A stretch of 64,000 nt of DNA from Bacteroidia bacterium (GTDB lineage Bacteria > Bacteroidota > Bacteroidia > Chitinophagales > Saprospiraceae). Numbering within the stretch: position 1 is the first letter of the stretch; each line of letters starts with the position of its first letter. Below, piece by piece: positions 40,432 to 50,291 of the stretch. The notes under the pieces were generated by a model. That model was given only the letters and a program-made list of their open reading frames with translations. It ran no database searches and was not told where the DNA came from. Where the stretch lies: the NCBI GenBank assembly GCA_018680005.1, contig JAHHJQ010000378.1:63-64062 (forward strand), in the 5' to 3' direction. The position numbers and the translations under genes were made by a program.

Positions 40432-41922
40432 TTACCGAATATGCCTGAGGGAAAAATAAAATATAGTACCAAATCCTACCATTAACATACCATGAAAAAC
40501 TATAAAGAGAGTTGTTTCAAGATAGATACCCATAAGTAAACCACCTAAAAAATAAATAGCCATCAAGCCTTCAAAAATAGTCGTCCAAGATAATTTACCA
40601 TCGAAATATTTTTGATTTTTAAATGAATCCTTGATAGACCGGATATTGAATTTTGGAGTACGAACAAATGGAGACTGTTTACCGATGTACCCTTGAATAA
40701 CAGCTACAGTATTATGGAGGGAAAGCCCCATTGACAGAGATAAAAAGATAGGAAAGAGAATTATGAACTTTACAAATCTTCGGAAATAAGTTTCATTGTT
40801 TGATGGACTGGGATATTTATGTTCGGATTCTACATTGGCGACAAAATATACAGCTACAACAGACACGAGTCCAATTAAAAAATATCCCATGTATCCATAC
40901 TCCATACCATACATATTAATCAAAAAAACAAGAGGAACACTAAACACACCGGCCATGAATATGAAAACAAAAACTCCACTACTCAATAGATGCCCTGTGG
41001 CGTGAATTTTTTGGAATAAGGAGAGATTTGAATTCCAAACAGTAGGTAACATTTTCCGAGCTGTTTCGGCTCCACCTTTCATCCACCTGTATTGTTGGGA
41101 TTTCAGGCCATTCATTTCTGCAGGTAATTCAGCTGGGGAAGACAAATCTTCCAAATAGATAATCTCCCAGCCTTTTAGTTGAGCTCTATAACTAAGATCT
41201 AAATCCTCTGTTAACGTGTCAGCTTCCCAACCTCCTGCATCCAAAATTGTCCTCTTTCTCCATACCCCAGCAGTACCATTGAACTGAAGCATACAATTCG
41301 CTCCTTTTCTACCAATCTGTTCAATTCTGAAATGAACATTCAATTGAAGTGCTTGCAATTTGGTAAGTACCGAATAATCCTCATTGATATGTTCCCATCT
41401 TGTTTGAACCACACCGACCTTATTATTCTTGAATTGTGGGATTGTTCGCATAAGAAAGTTCTTCCTTGGCAAGAAATCAGCATCGAATATGGCAATGAAT
41501 TCACCCTTGGCTTTAACAGTGGCTTCCTTTAATGCGCCTGCTTTATATCCTTGTCTATCTTTTCTATGAACATGTACTATATCGAATCCTTTGGCTATGT
41601 ACTCTTCAACCTTTTCCTTGGCAATGTTGACGGTTTCATCGGTAGAATCATCCAGTATTTGTATTTCTAACTTCTCCCTAGGGTATTCTAATTCGACAAT
41701 GCAATCAATTAATCTGGGAACCACATACATCTCATTATAGATAGGTAATTGAACCGTTACAAACGGAATATTATCCAACGCTTCCCATTCTGCCAGAGGT
41801 TGTGGACTACGATGATATTTTTTGTAGTAGTATAATAAATTGAGTTGAAGCAGACAGTACACTGTAATATATCCTAGTGCTAGTGAATATGCCCCGATCA
41901 ATATATATCCTAATATCTCCAT
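40432..41922 (-). CDS. Membrane-integrated processive family-2 glycosyltransferase (CslA / cellulose-synthase-like or glycolipid-synthase-like)
   Basis: N-terminal TM helix. GT2 motifs are LPIYNE, ILDDSTD, FDADF, TEDLDLSYR and QQYRW (a QxxRW variant). Several C-terminal TM helices follow. Confidence 0.85.
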   Translation of the reverse strand: MEILGYILIGAYSLALGYITVYCLLQLNLLYYYKKYHRSPQPLAEWEALDNIPFVTVQLPIYNEMYVVPRLIDCIVELEYPREKLEIQILDDSTDETVNIAKEKVEEYIAKGFDIVHVHRKDRQGYKAGALKEATVKAKGEFIAIFDADFLPRKNFLMRTIPQFKNNKVGVVQTRWEHINEDYSVLTKLQALQLNVHFRIEQIGRKGANCMLQFNGTAGVWRKRTILDAGGWEADTLTEDLDLSYRAQLKGWEIIYLEDLSSPAELPAEMNGLKSQQYRWMKGGAETARKMLPTVWNSNLSLFQKIHATGHLLSSGVFVFIFMAGVFSVPLVFLINMYGMEYGYMGYFLIGLVSVVAVYFVANVESEHKYPSPSNNETYFRRFVKFIILFPIFLSLSMGLSLHNTVAVIQGYIGKQSPFVRTPKFNIRSIKDSFKNQKYFDGKLSWTTIFEGLMAIYFLGGLLMGIYLETTLFIVFHGMLMVGFGTIFYFSLRHIR

Positions 41923-41941
41923 CCTAAAGCTTTGGGTTTTA

Positions 41942-42637
41942 CTATAACAGTTTAAAGATGGTCCACAATATTTTATGCCCAGCTAAAAATGTTCCTTTTA
42001 TCGTGCCCGATACTTTTGAAATACCTATTCTTTTACGGTAGTTTACCGGGACTTCGGTACATTTTAATTTGTTTTTTGCCGCTTTTACTTGCATTTCAAC
42101 CGTCCACCCAAAATCGCGATCTTGCATATCGATCTCTAAAAGTTTGGAATACTTAATGGCTCGAAATGGTCCTAAATCGGTAAATTCATACCTATAAAAA
42201 AGACGAATCAGAGTCGTTGCCAGCCAATTACCAAATATTTGTTGCGGCATCATAGCTCCTTTTTCCAGATTGCCTAGAGCTCTCGACCCAATCACAAGAT
42301 CATAATCGCTTTCAATAATTGGATGGATTAGATTAGGCATCTCTTCTGGGTGATCCGAATAATCCCCATCGATAAATACAACTATATCCGGTTTGTCTTT
42401 CTTTTCGCATATATACTCCATGCCTTTCAAACAAGCGTTGCCGTATCCAGGTATTGGTTGATCTACAACGTGAGCACCGGCCATTTGAGCATTTTGTCTA
42501 GTTTGATCTGTACTGTTATTGTTGCAAACTATAATATCCCGTACGAGTTCTTTAGGGATATCCAATACTACTTTTCCTATTGAAGATTCTTCGTTATATG
42601 CTGGAATGATTACATCAATAACGGCACTGCTACGCAT
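41942..42637 (-). CDS. Family-2 glycosyltransferase, polyprenyl-phosphate sugar synthase-like (DPM1/ArnC-like)
   Basis: VIIPAYNEE, the DxD-like FIDGDYSD motif, and ~230 aa length. The likely ATG start is at 42637; the track start at 42667 is TTG. Confidence 0.8.
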   Translation of the reverse strand: MRSSAVIDVIIPAYNEESSIGKVVLDIPKELVRDIIVCNNNSTDQTRQNAQMAGAHVVDQPIPGYGNACLKGMEYICEKKDKPDIVVFIDGDYSDHPEEMPNLIHPIIESDYDLVIGSRALGNLEKGAMMPQQIFGNWLATTLIRLFYRYEFTDLGPFRAIKYSKLLEIDMQDRDFGWTVEMQVKAAKNKLKCTEVPVNYRKRIGISKVSGTIKGTFLAGHKILWTIFKLL

Positions 42638-42844
42638 GAATGAGCTTTTGCTTTTTAAAGGCCACAAAAATACCTGATTATCTACTACTGTGTTGTCGAA
42701 GACTATACATTTGAGGAAATAAATTCTTCAATTCGCAATTTGATCACCGGACAACAAAACTGGCGTTTGCTCGTAATAAATGGATGCTTAACACATACTT
42801 GATACCTCTATACTTATTGCCCGGAAAGGGCTTATAAATTCTTT

Positions 42845-44323
42845 ATGAAATTCAGCCCAATAGCAATATTAAGTTTGTTCCTAATGATTTGGCTTTTCCA
42901 TTCTTGCGAGGAGCAAACATTTGATATAAGCTCTTCCACAAAACTTTCTTTCTCAAGTGATACATTGCGTTTCGATACCGTTTTCACAACCATCGGATCA
43001 GCCACGAGGTCTATCAAGGTTTATAATTCTTCAGACAATTGGATTAATATCAGCGATATTACGTTAGGAAATGGTTCAGTTGGAAGATTCAGAATTAATG
43101 TCGATGGTGTTTCTGGAAATAGATTCGCAAACATTGAGATTCCACCTAACGATAGCATCTATATATTTTGTGAAGTTACAGTAGATCCTGATCAACCTCT
43201 TTCAGAAAGCCCTTTTGTCATAAACGAAAGGATCTATTTTAATACTAATGGTAATGATCAATCTGTACTACTGGAAGCCTGGGGTCAAAACGCCAATTAT
43301 CTCCCAAATCAATTCAATGCTGGTGGATTGGCTTTACTGACATGTGATCTTCAGGAACTTATATTTGATGACCCTAAACCCTATGTTATATATGGTGTAC
43401 TGCTCGTAGATAGTTGTGACATTGTCATACCCGCAGGCACACAAGTATACGTACATGGGGGGCTTGTGAACTCTCAAAATTTTGGTTCATATAATGATGG
43501 CCAATTTATATTCCTGAAAGATGCAAGTCTGAAAACCGAGGGAACAGTTGATAATCCTGTAATCATACAGGGAGATAGACTTGAAAGTGTTTTCAGTGAT
43601 GTCGATGGGCAATGGACCGGCATCCGATTTCTGGACGGAAGCGATGAAAACGAACTTAATCATACTATTATAAAAAACAGTATACTTGGGATATTTGCTG
43701 ATTCTGCAACAACTGTAACCCTAAAAAATATTCAGATCTTCAATACATCGAATGCTGGAATTCTGGCATCTCATGCTACCGTTACTGCTGAAAATTGTCT
43801 TATTTATAATAATTACGGCGGCGGTATCCAACTAAATTATGGGGGTAGCTATGAATTTAGCTATTGCACGATTGCTAGTTATGGCATCAATGCGCCAACG
43901 CTAACGATGAACAACATTCTCTGCCTTGATGCTTTTTGTTCCGTATACAGGACGAATGCATTGGAGGCAAGTTTTACGAATTGCATTTTTGCTGGAAGCT
44001 CTGAAGATGAATTCGATTTCTTTGATATTGAATCTGGAAATGATCCAGGATTGTTTGATTATCAATTCAACCATTCCATTGTGAAAGTTGATGAACTAAT
44101 AACGCAAGAGGGTTTTACTGATTTCTTTGATCATTGCACGGAATGTGTTGTACAAATGATTGGTGATCCTCTTTTCATTGGAATTGATAGTAGTAATTAC
44201 CGATTGGATACAATGTCCATTGCTTTAGACAGAGGAATACCTATTCCCGGTATAATGACAGATCTCATTAACCAAACCAGGGACTCCGAAAATCCTGATA
44301 TTGGCTGTTATGAATTCCAGTAA
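42845..44323 (+). CDS. Lipoprotein with right-handed parallel beta-helix (pectate-lyase-fold-like) repeats
   Basis: Lipoprotein signal LFHSCEEQ. Repeated hydrophobic/Asn/Gly ladder segments are present (NHTIIKNSILGIFADSATTVTLKNIQIFNTSNAGILASHATVTAENCLIYNNYGGGIQL). Confidence 0.6.
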   Translation: MKFSPIAILSLFLMIWLFHSCEEQTFDISSSTKLSFSSDTLRFDTVFTTIGSATRSIKVYNSSDNWINISDITLGNGSVGRFRINVDGVSGNRFANIEIPPNDSIYIFCEVTVDPDQPLSESPFVINERIYFNTNGNDQSVLLEAWGQNANYLPNQFNAGGLALLTCDLQELIFDDPKPYVIYGVLLVDSCDIVIPAGTQVYVHGGLVNSQNFGSYNDGQFIFLKDASLKTEGTVDNPVIIQGDRLESVFSDVDGQWTGIRFLDGSDENELNHTIIKNSILGIFADSATTVTLKNIQIFNTSNAGILASHATVTAENCLIYNNYGGGIQLNYGGSYEFSYCTIASYGINAPTLTMNNILCLDAFCSVYRTNALEASFTNCIFAGSSEDEFDFFDIESGNDPGLFDYQFNHSIVKVDELITQEGFTDFFDHCTECVVQMIGDPLFIGIDSSNYRLDTMSIALDRGIPIPGIMTDLINQTRDSENPDIGCYEFQ

Positions 44324-44370
44324 GAATTATAGATTCTGGTTTTGATAGACATGGTACCTCTAGACGCTAT

Positions 44371-45687
44371 CTAATCCGAAAGGTCTTTTATTCTTGCAGG
44401 TTCCACAGTAATTTTGGATAAGATTAGAATTCCGACCAAAAAAAATATTGCCAGTGTTAAAACACTATTTCTCATACCACCAGTCAATTGTTCTATGAAG
44501 CCAAAACTAAACGTACCAACGATGATTGCTACTTTTTCCAGGACATCATAAAAACTGAAGTACGAAGTAGTATCTTTCGTTTCAGTCGGTAATAGCTTGC
44601 TATATGTAGAACGTGACATGGACTGTACCCCTCCCATCACTAATCCTACAAAGGCCGCAAGTATATAGAATTGAAGATCACCATGGACAAAATATGCAGT
44701 GAAACATATAAATGTCCAAATGACAAGAATAATGGAAAGTGAGAATTTGTTGCCTTTCCGGTCAGAAATCTTGGCAAATAAATAAGCTCCTCCTATAGCC
44801 ACAATCTGAAGTATTAAAACTAATAGAATCATTTTTTCAGTAGCAAACTGCAACTCTTTCTCCGCAAAAGTTGCAGCTAGAAATATGACTGTCTGTGCTC
44901 CGGCACTATAACAGAAGAATGCCAAAAGAAATCTCTTCGTATTGAATTGGCCTTTTAGTTGTTGCCAGACATGAAGTAGTTCCTGATATCCCTTCTGAAC
45001 AATATTATTTTGATGAATGGTTTTTCTTCTATCATTCGGAAGTCTCTTGAAGGTAATCTGTGCGAATCCGAACCACCAAAGTCCAACCATGACAAATGCT
45101 ATTCTTACAGCTACACTGTCTTGAGATATTCCAAACCACCCTGGATTCATAATGATGATCAGGTTTGTAATCAGTAAGATAACGCTCCCCACATAGCCAT
45201 AGGCGAATCCTTTGGCAGATACCGTATCTAAACGTTCTTTAGAAGCAATGAGAGGCAGATACGAATTGTAGAATACTAAACCGCCTGCAAATCCAATTGT
45301 CGCCAAAATAAATGCTAATATGCCCAAAGTAAGCTGCCCCATCCCTTGAAACCAAAATAGAGAAATACAAGCCAACGACCCCAAGGTTGTAAAAAAACGC
45401 AGAAAGAACTTACGCTTTCCTCCATAATCTGCAATTCCACTAAGCAACGGAGAGAATAAAGCAATTAGAAAATAAGCCGCCGAAATAGAGAACGCATACA
45501 ATGCACTATTGCTCAATTGAAAGCCAAGAATATTTATTCTGCTATCCGTAACTTGAAGAAAATAACCAGGGAAAATAGCCGTGGTGATTACAAGCGCATA
45601 AGCGGAATTTGCCCAATCAAAGAGTGCCCATCCATTTATAGTTTTTTTGTCGTTAATTTTGATTTCGGTTGAAGCACTCGTAGACAT
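44371..45687 (-). CDS. MFS transporter, UMF1 (Atg22-like) family
   Basis: 12-TM protein with the N-terminal WALFDWANSAY motif characteristic of UMF1-type MFS proteins. Confidence 0.8.
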   Translation of the reverse strand: MSTSASTEIKINDKKTINGWALFDWANSAYALVITTAIFPGYFLQVTDSRINILGFQLSNSALYAFSISAAYFLIALFSPLLSGIADYGGKRKFFLRFFTTLGSLACISLFWFQGMGQLTLGILAFILATIGFAGGLVFYNSYLPLIASKERLDTVSAKGFAYGYVGSVILLITNLIIIMNPGWFGISQDSVAVRIAFVMVGLWWFGFAQITFKRLPNDRRKTIHQNNIVQKGYQELLHVWQQLKGQFNTKRFLLAFFCYSAGAQTVIFLAATFAEKELQFATEKMILLVLILQIVAIGGAYLFAKISDRKGNKFSLSIILVIWTFICFTAYFVHGDLQFYILAAFVGLVMGGVQSMSRSTYSKLLPTETKDTTSYFSFYDVLEKVAIIVGTFSFGFIEQLTGGMRNSVLTLAIFFLVGILILSKITVEPARIKDLSD

Positions 45688-45726
45688 AGTATATAGAATA
45701 TGTGGTCTCTAGGATGGCCGAATATA

Positions 45727-45734
45727 TACTTTTG
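45727..45734 (+). promoter_or_regulatory. Candidate Bacteroidota -7 promoter element (TAnnTTTG)
   Basis: Exact TACTTTTG located 46 nt upstream of the rimK-like ATG, in a 92-bp divergent intergenic region. Confidence 0.35.
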
Positions 45735-45779
45735 TCGTATAGAAATTATTAATACCTTGATGACAAGAAGAAGTCTGCA

Positions 45780-46685
45780 ATGAATATTGCCATACTTTCA
45801 AGAAATCCTCAGCTTTATTCTACTCAAAGCCTTTTCAGAGCTTGTCGAAGGAGGGGACACTATGTCAGGGTCATCGATCACATGAGATGTCAACTGGCTA
45901 TCCTTAATGGATCAAAATATATTCAGTATCAAGGTGAGATTTTGAAGCATATTGATGCTGTGATACCAAGAATAGGATCTTCTGTCACAAAACCAGGAGC
46001 AGCAGTCCTTAGACAATTTGAATTGCAAAATATTCTTTCTGCCATTACTACCACAGGCTTGCTTAACGCTAGAGATAAATTGAGAAGTCTGCAAATTCTC
46101 AGTTCGCATAAAATTGAGACAGTCGATACAATTCAACCAGAATTAAATTACAGGGCGGATAAAATTATTCAATTGCTTGGAGGGCTTCCAGTTGTGGTAA
46201 AGCTTTCTGAAGGAACACATGGAACTGGAGTTATGCTTGCAGATTCAAAAAATGGCCTTATCACTATATTGGAAACATTTCATAACCTTGACCAAAAGGT
46301 ATTGGTTCAAAAATTTATAAAAGAAGCCAGAGGTCAGGATCTCAGAGCAATTGTTGTCAATGGAGAAGTGGTTGCATCAATGAAAAGAAAAGCACAACCC
46401 GGAGAATTCAGATCGAATCTACACAGAGGAGGTACAGCAATTCATATCAAACTTGATAGTTCTGAACAGAAAGCGGCCATAGATGCCGCCAATGCGCTTA
46501 AATTGGGCGTTGCGGGTGTCGATCTGCTTCAGTCAAAAAATGGTCCTTTGGTATTGGAAGTAAATCCTTCTCCTGGATTGGAAGGAATAGAAACCATAAC
46601 TAAGGTCGACGTAGCGGGTAAGATCGTAGAATTTCTGGAAAGCAAAATTGATGCTCATCGCACGCTGGCTGATATGATTTCTTAG
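45780..46685 (+). CDS. rimK: RimK-family ATP-grasp alpha-L-glutamate ligase
   Basis: MNIAILSRNPQLYSTQ N-terminus. ATP-grasp motifs are PVVVKLSEGTHGTGV, QKFIKEARGQDLRAIVV, RSNLHRGG and LLEVNPSPGLEGIE. Confidence 0.9.
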   Translation: MNIAILSRNPQLYSTQSLFRACRRRGHYVRVIDHMRCQLAILNGSKYIQYQGEILKHIDAVIPRIGSSVTKPGAAVLRQFELQNILSAITTTGLLNARDKLRSLQILSSHKIETVDTIQPELNYRADKIIQLLGGLPVVVKLSEGTHGTGVMLADSKNGLITILETFHNLDQKVLVQKFIKEARGQDLRAIVVNGEVVASMKRKAQPGEFRSNLHRGGTAIHIKLDSSEQKAAIDAANALKLGVAGVDLLQSKNGPLVLEVNPSPGLEGIETITKVDVAGKIVEFLESKIDAHRTLADMIS

Positions 46686-46749
46686 AAAGCGATTTTTTTC
46701 CACTAACAAGTAGGAAATATACTTTCATTTCTTTTAATATCATGCATCA

Positions 46750-47691
46750 ATGAAGAATTTGGAAATAAACGGTGCCAGTATTGCCCCGGGCGAATCTCAA
46801 GAAGTCAAAATTAATGTCGGTAAACTGGCCTCTGGTACAAGAATTCATATATACGCCAATGTCTACAGAAGTGCCAAAAAAGGACCTGTTCTTCTGGTTC
46901 TTGGTGGTGTGCATGGAGATGAAATAAATGGTGTGGAAATCGTTCGAAGATGTGTATCCGATGGTGTTTTTGAAAATATCCAAAAAGGATCTGTTATAGC
47001 TATTTCCTTGCTTAATGTTTATGGATTTATCAATTTCTCGAGAGAGATACCTTATGGCAAGGATGTCAATAGAAGTTTTCCCGGAACTGTTAGTGGTTCA
47101 CTAGCTTCACGAGTTGCCCGAGTACTAACTAAAAAAATTCTTCCACATGTAGATTGCGGTGTTGATTATCATACCGGAGGAGATAGTCGTTATAACTTTC
47201 CACAAATAAGATATACCAAAGGCGATCCTCAAGCAAAAGAATTGGCTTTAGCATTTGGTGCTCCAATCACTTTGGCGAAACCTGCAATTTCCAAATCCTT
47301 GAGAAAAGTAAGTCGCGATATGGGACTCACAATGCTAGTTTATGAAGGCGGTGAAGCAAGTAGATTCGACGGATTTTCAATAAATAATGGGATCAATGGA
47401 TTAAAAAGACTTATGAAACATCTTAAGATGATCAAAACTGATATCCCTAGTTTGCCAACACGTCAGTTTATTAAAACAACTTGGGTCAGAGCTCACCAAG
47501 CAGGAATTTTTACATGGACAAAATCATCCGGACATCTAATCACAAAAGGTGAGCCTCTCGGCTATATAAATGATCCAAATGGTCAAGTAAGCCACAAAGT
47601 ATTATCAAAACATGATGGATTCATCATTGGACATAACAACGCTCCTGTTGTGAGACAAGGCGATGCATTGTTCAATATTGGAATTCAATAG
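46750..47691 (+). CDS. Succinylglutamate desuccinylase/aspartoacylase (AstE/AspA, M14-like zinc hydrolase) family protein
   Basis: GGVHGDEINGVE zinc-binding motif, DYHTGG second His context, and the typical pairing with a rimK-like gene. Confidence 0.8.
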   Translation: MKNLEINGASIAPGESQEVKINVGKLASGTRIHIYANVYRSAKKGPVLLVLGGVHGDEINGVEIVRRCVSDGVFENIQKGSVIAISLLNVYGFINFSREIPYGKDVNRSFPGTVSGSLASRVARVLTKKILPHVDCGVDYHTGGDSRYNFPQIRYTKGDPQAKELALAFGAPITLAKPAISKSLRKVSRDMGLTMLVYEGGEASRFDGFSINNGINGLKRLMKHLKMIKTDIPSLPTRQFIKTTWVRAHQAGIFTWTKSSGHLITKGEPLGYINDPNGQVSHKVLSKHDGFIIGHNNAPVVRQGDALFNIGIQ

Positions 47692-47707
47692 AAGCCCCTA
47701 ACAATAC

Positions 47708-47742
47708 AAAAGCCCGACACAAGTAGAGTACATCGGGCTTTT
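47708..47742. terminator. Bidirectional rho-independent terminator between convergent genes
   Basis: AAAGCCCGA (47709-47717) pairs with TCGGGCTTT (47733-47741), giving A/T runs on both strands. Confidence 0.75.
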
Positions 47743-47765
47743 GATTGATCAAATATCAACACAAT

Positions 47766-48641
47766 TTAATATTCCCAAAGATCATGTTCAAAGTTGAAGA
47801 TTTCTGCCTTGATCTTTTCTCCTTCTAATAGAAGGTCTACACCACTGACATAATCCTGCAATCTCCGGTCATAAACATTGGATTCCTTAAAGATGTAACT
47901 TGAAAAGAAACGCATAGCAAATAGATCCTCCCAACTTACCAAGGCAGCATCATTGGCAGCATTGAATACCCGATGACGCGAGAATAACTCCCTACATTCC
48001 GGATAATAAATCCAAAACATTGGACGATCAAAAAGGAAATTGTCATTTTCATCAAACTTATCAATGATCGGAGCTATACCAAGTATTCGAACTTTCAAAG
48101 TAGAATACTTTCTATCGAAGTACCATACTTCTTTAATTCTGAACTTCTTGATGTCTTCCGGATTGATTTCGTTTCTTACAATTTTAATTTCTTCTTCATA
48201 CGTCTCGGGATCATAGCTAATTACAGTATCCACGGTTGCAGCCAAAGAAGCAACTTCATTGGGTTCTAGTGGATAACTGAACTCACTTATTCCCGGGTCA
48301 GAAGGAACATCATATGCGGTAATTTCGCCATTCATGGCTGCATCAAGAATTATCTTAACGAAGTATTCACCAGGATAGGAGAAAGGTGCATTCATCTTTT
48401 CCCTAACATCGATTACTCGCCAGACTCGCTTTTCCCATAAAATATCAGCTTCTCTGAGCGGCTCATAGGGCAAAACTCTTCTTTCTTGAATGATGCGCTT
48501 TTCTACAATATCATCTATCGGCTTTTCGAAAAATGGTTCACTAGATTCTGTCCTTGGTACTTCTGGCAACTGAGCCATAACCTGGCCTGCTACAAAAAGA
48601 ACCAATACTAAACTGAAAAGTGATTTGAATGACATTAGCAT
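47766..48641 (-). CDS. gldN: Gliding motility / T9SS ring protein GldN (PorN)
   Basis: Signal peptide, ~290 aa, last gene of the gldKLMN block, conserved W/F-rich core (KEVWYFDRKYSTLKVRILGIAP). Confidence 0.9.
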   Translation of the reverse strand: MLMSFKSLFSLVLVLFVAGQVMAQLPEVPRTESSEPFFEKPIDDIVEKRIIQERRVLPYEPLREADILWEKRVWRVIDVREKMNAPFSYPGEYFVKIILDAAMNGEITAYDVPSDPGISEFSYPLEPNEVASLAATVDTVISYDPETYEEEIKIVRNEINPEDIKKFRIKEVWYFDRKYSTLKVRILGIAPIIDKFDENDNFLFDRPMFWIYYPECRELFSRHRVFNAANDAALVSWEDLFAMRFFSSYIFKESNVYDRRLQDYVSGVDLLLEGEKIKAEIFNFEHDLWEY

Positions 48642-48659
48642 GTGTTATATTTAATTGTT

Positions 48660-50228
48660 CTATTTTATCTGGAAGGAAAGTGAATTCACTTCTCTTCCTG
48701 CTTTGTCGCCTGGACAAGTAACTTTTACATCTTCGAAAAGATACGCATCCCCAGGCCTTGCTGCTTTAATCATATTCGCAACCTTACCTTTAAATGTTGG
48801 ACCTGCATTGGTTCCTACAACAGGATCTGCTCTTTTAGCAATCCTAGTGACGTTAAAGCCCTGAACTTTACATTTAGCATCAAAGTCAAAATTCTCCAGC
48901 CAAGGAATCAGACCAGGCATTGCCTTAAAACTTCCGTTTCCAATTTTACCACCTTTGAATTTACCAAGCTTCACAACAGGATCAGGAATCCTTTTAACCT
49001 TATAATCAAACACTGTAGGTTGTAATCCACCACCTGAGACGGTAATTTTTGAAGAACCAGGTGTTGTAACTCTCGCGTTGAATTTTCCATTTCCTGTAGA
49101 AGATAGCTTCAATCCTCCCCCTGATGCATTCACTTTCAAATCTTTAGTGGCAACACCTGCAGCAGAAACTGAGACAGGATTATCCACTCCGATATAGAAA
49201 ACATTCATCTTATCCAATGATACTGCCACAGACCTAAGGCCAACTTCGTATTCGAAATCGTTCTTGACTGTCTTCACCTCACCTGTAACAGGGTTGGTCA
49301 CAGTAATGGCAGCTGTATACTTCTTAACTCCTGTGGAAGAAGCCGTTTCTGAAAATTTGGCAACACCCTCCTTAGCGGGCATTGTTTTTCCATTAACTTT
49401 TATACTTACACCTGTATTTGACGCTTTGGAAGCTGAAGCACTTAAGAATACATCGGTTTCAAATTTTTCTCCTTTGATCACATAGGTTCTCTTGGGAGAT
49501 GAAACAACTTTATATTGATCAAAAACAACTTCTTTACCTCCGACTTTACTCATAAACTCGTTCAGCACAACTGCCTCCGAGTTTTTGATATCGTTGACCC
49601 ATTTTGTAAACATTGGCTCAACTGCACCTAAAGGCATCTGTTTAAAGTTAAAATCAGACCAGCTGACTTTCTTTGCTGCTTGCCATTCCGCATCATCAAT
49701 ACTGATTGGAATGTTCGCCTCGACAGAAGCTCTGTCCTCTTCATCGACAAAAGACAGAAACTTAGCCTTGGCCTCAACAAGCTTGGCTTTCAACTCCTCT
49801 CCTGCACCTTGATCCAGGAGAATTCGAGTAGTAACATCCTTATCTTTTATGCCTTTGTACTTTTTCTTTCCTTGATCCATCTTGTAATCACCTTCGCTAT
49901 AAGGTGTTCCGTCATTATCTCCAGCCTCATCAACAATATTGTCGAAAATGCTTTGTATATAGTCACTGGCATCTTTGGAATATGCACGCACTTCCTTTGA
50001 TAGATCAGCGTATCTCTGTAATTCTGCTTTCTTCTTTGATAGTTGCGCTACCTGATCCGGAATCTTTCCATTCGCTTCATCAAGTGCACCATTGGATTTC
50101 ACCAAACCGTCATTCACAATTTTGAATGCATTGAAGATTTCAGCAGATACGTTTAGGGCAAGCATCGCGGTCAAAACGAGATACATAAGATTGATCATCA
50201 GTTGCCGCGGTTCCTTAGGTATTGACAT
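48660..50228 (-). CDS. gldM: Gliding motility / T9SS motor-associated protein GldM (PorM)
   Basis: Hallmark N-terminus PRQLMINLMYLVLTAMLALNVS (single TM helix) followed by a ~500-aa periplasmic region. Confidence 0.95.
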   Translation of the reverse strand: MSIPKEPRQLMINLMYLVLTAMLALNVSAEIFNAFKIVNDGLVKSNGALDEANGKIPDQVAQLSKKKAELQRYADLSKEVRAYSKDASDYIQSIFDNIVDEAGDNDGTPYSEGDYKMDQGKKKYKGIKDKDVTTRILLDQGAGEELKAKLVEAKAKFLSFVDEEDRASVEANIPISIDDAEWQAAKKVSWSDFNFKQMPLGAVEPMFTKWVNDIKNSEAVVLNEFMSKVGGKEVVFDQYKVVSSPKRTYVIKGEKFETDVFLSASASKASNTGVSIKVNGKTMPAKEGVAKFSETASSTGVKKYTAAITVTNPVTGEVKTVKNDFEYEVGLRSVAVSLDKMNVFYIGVDNPVSVSAAGVATKDLKVNASGGGLKLSSTGNGKFNARVTTPGSSKITVSGGGLQPTVFDYKVKRIPDPVVKLGKFKGGKIGNGSFKAMPGLIPWLENFDFDAKCKVQGFNVTRIAKRADPVVGTNAGPTFKGKVANMIKAARPGDAYLFEDVKVTCPGDKAGREVNSLSFQIK

Positions 50229-50291
50229 GCTCTAATGTATTTAATGGTATTGAAAAATGGTTTCTACAATATTTGGTTTTGAAAGCATTCA

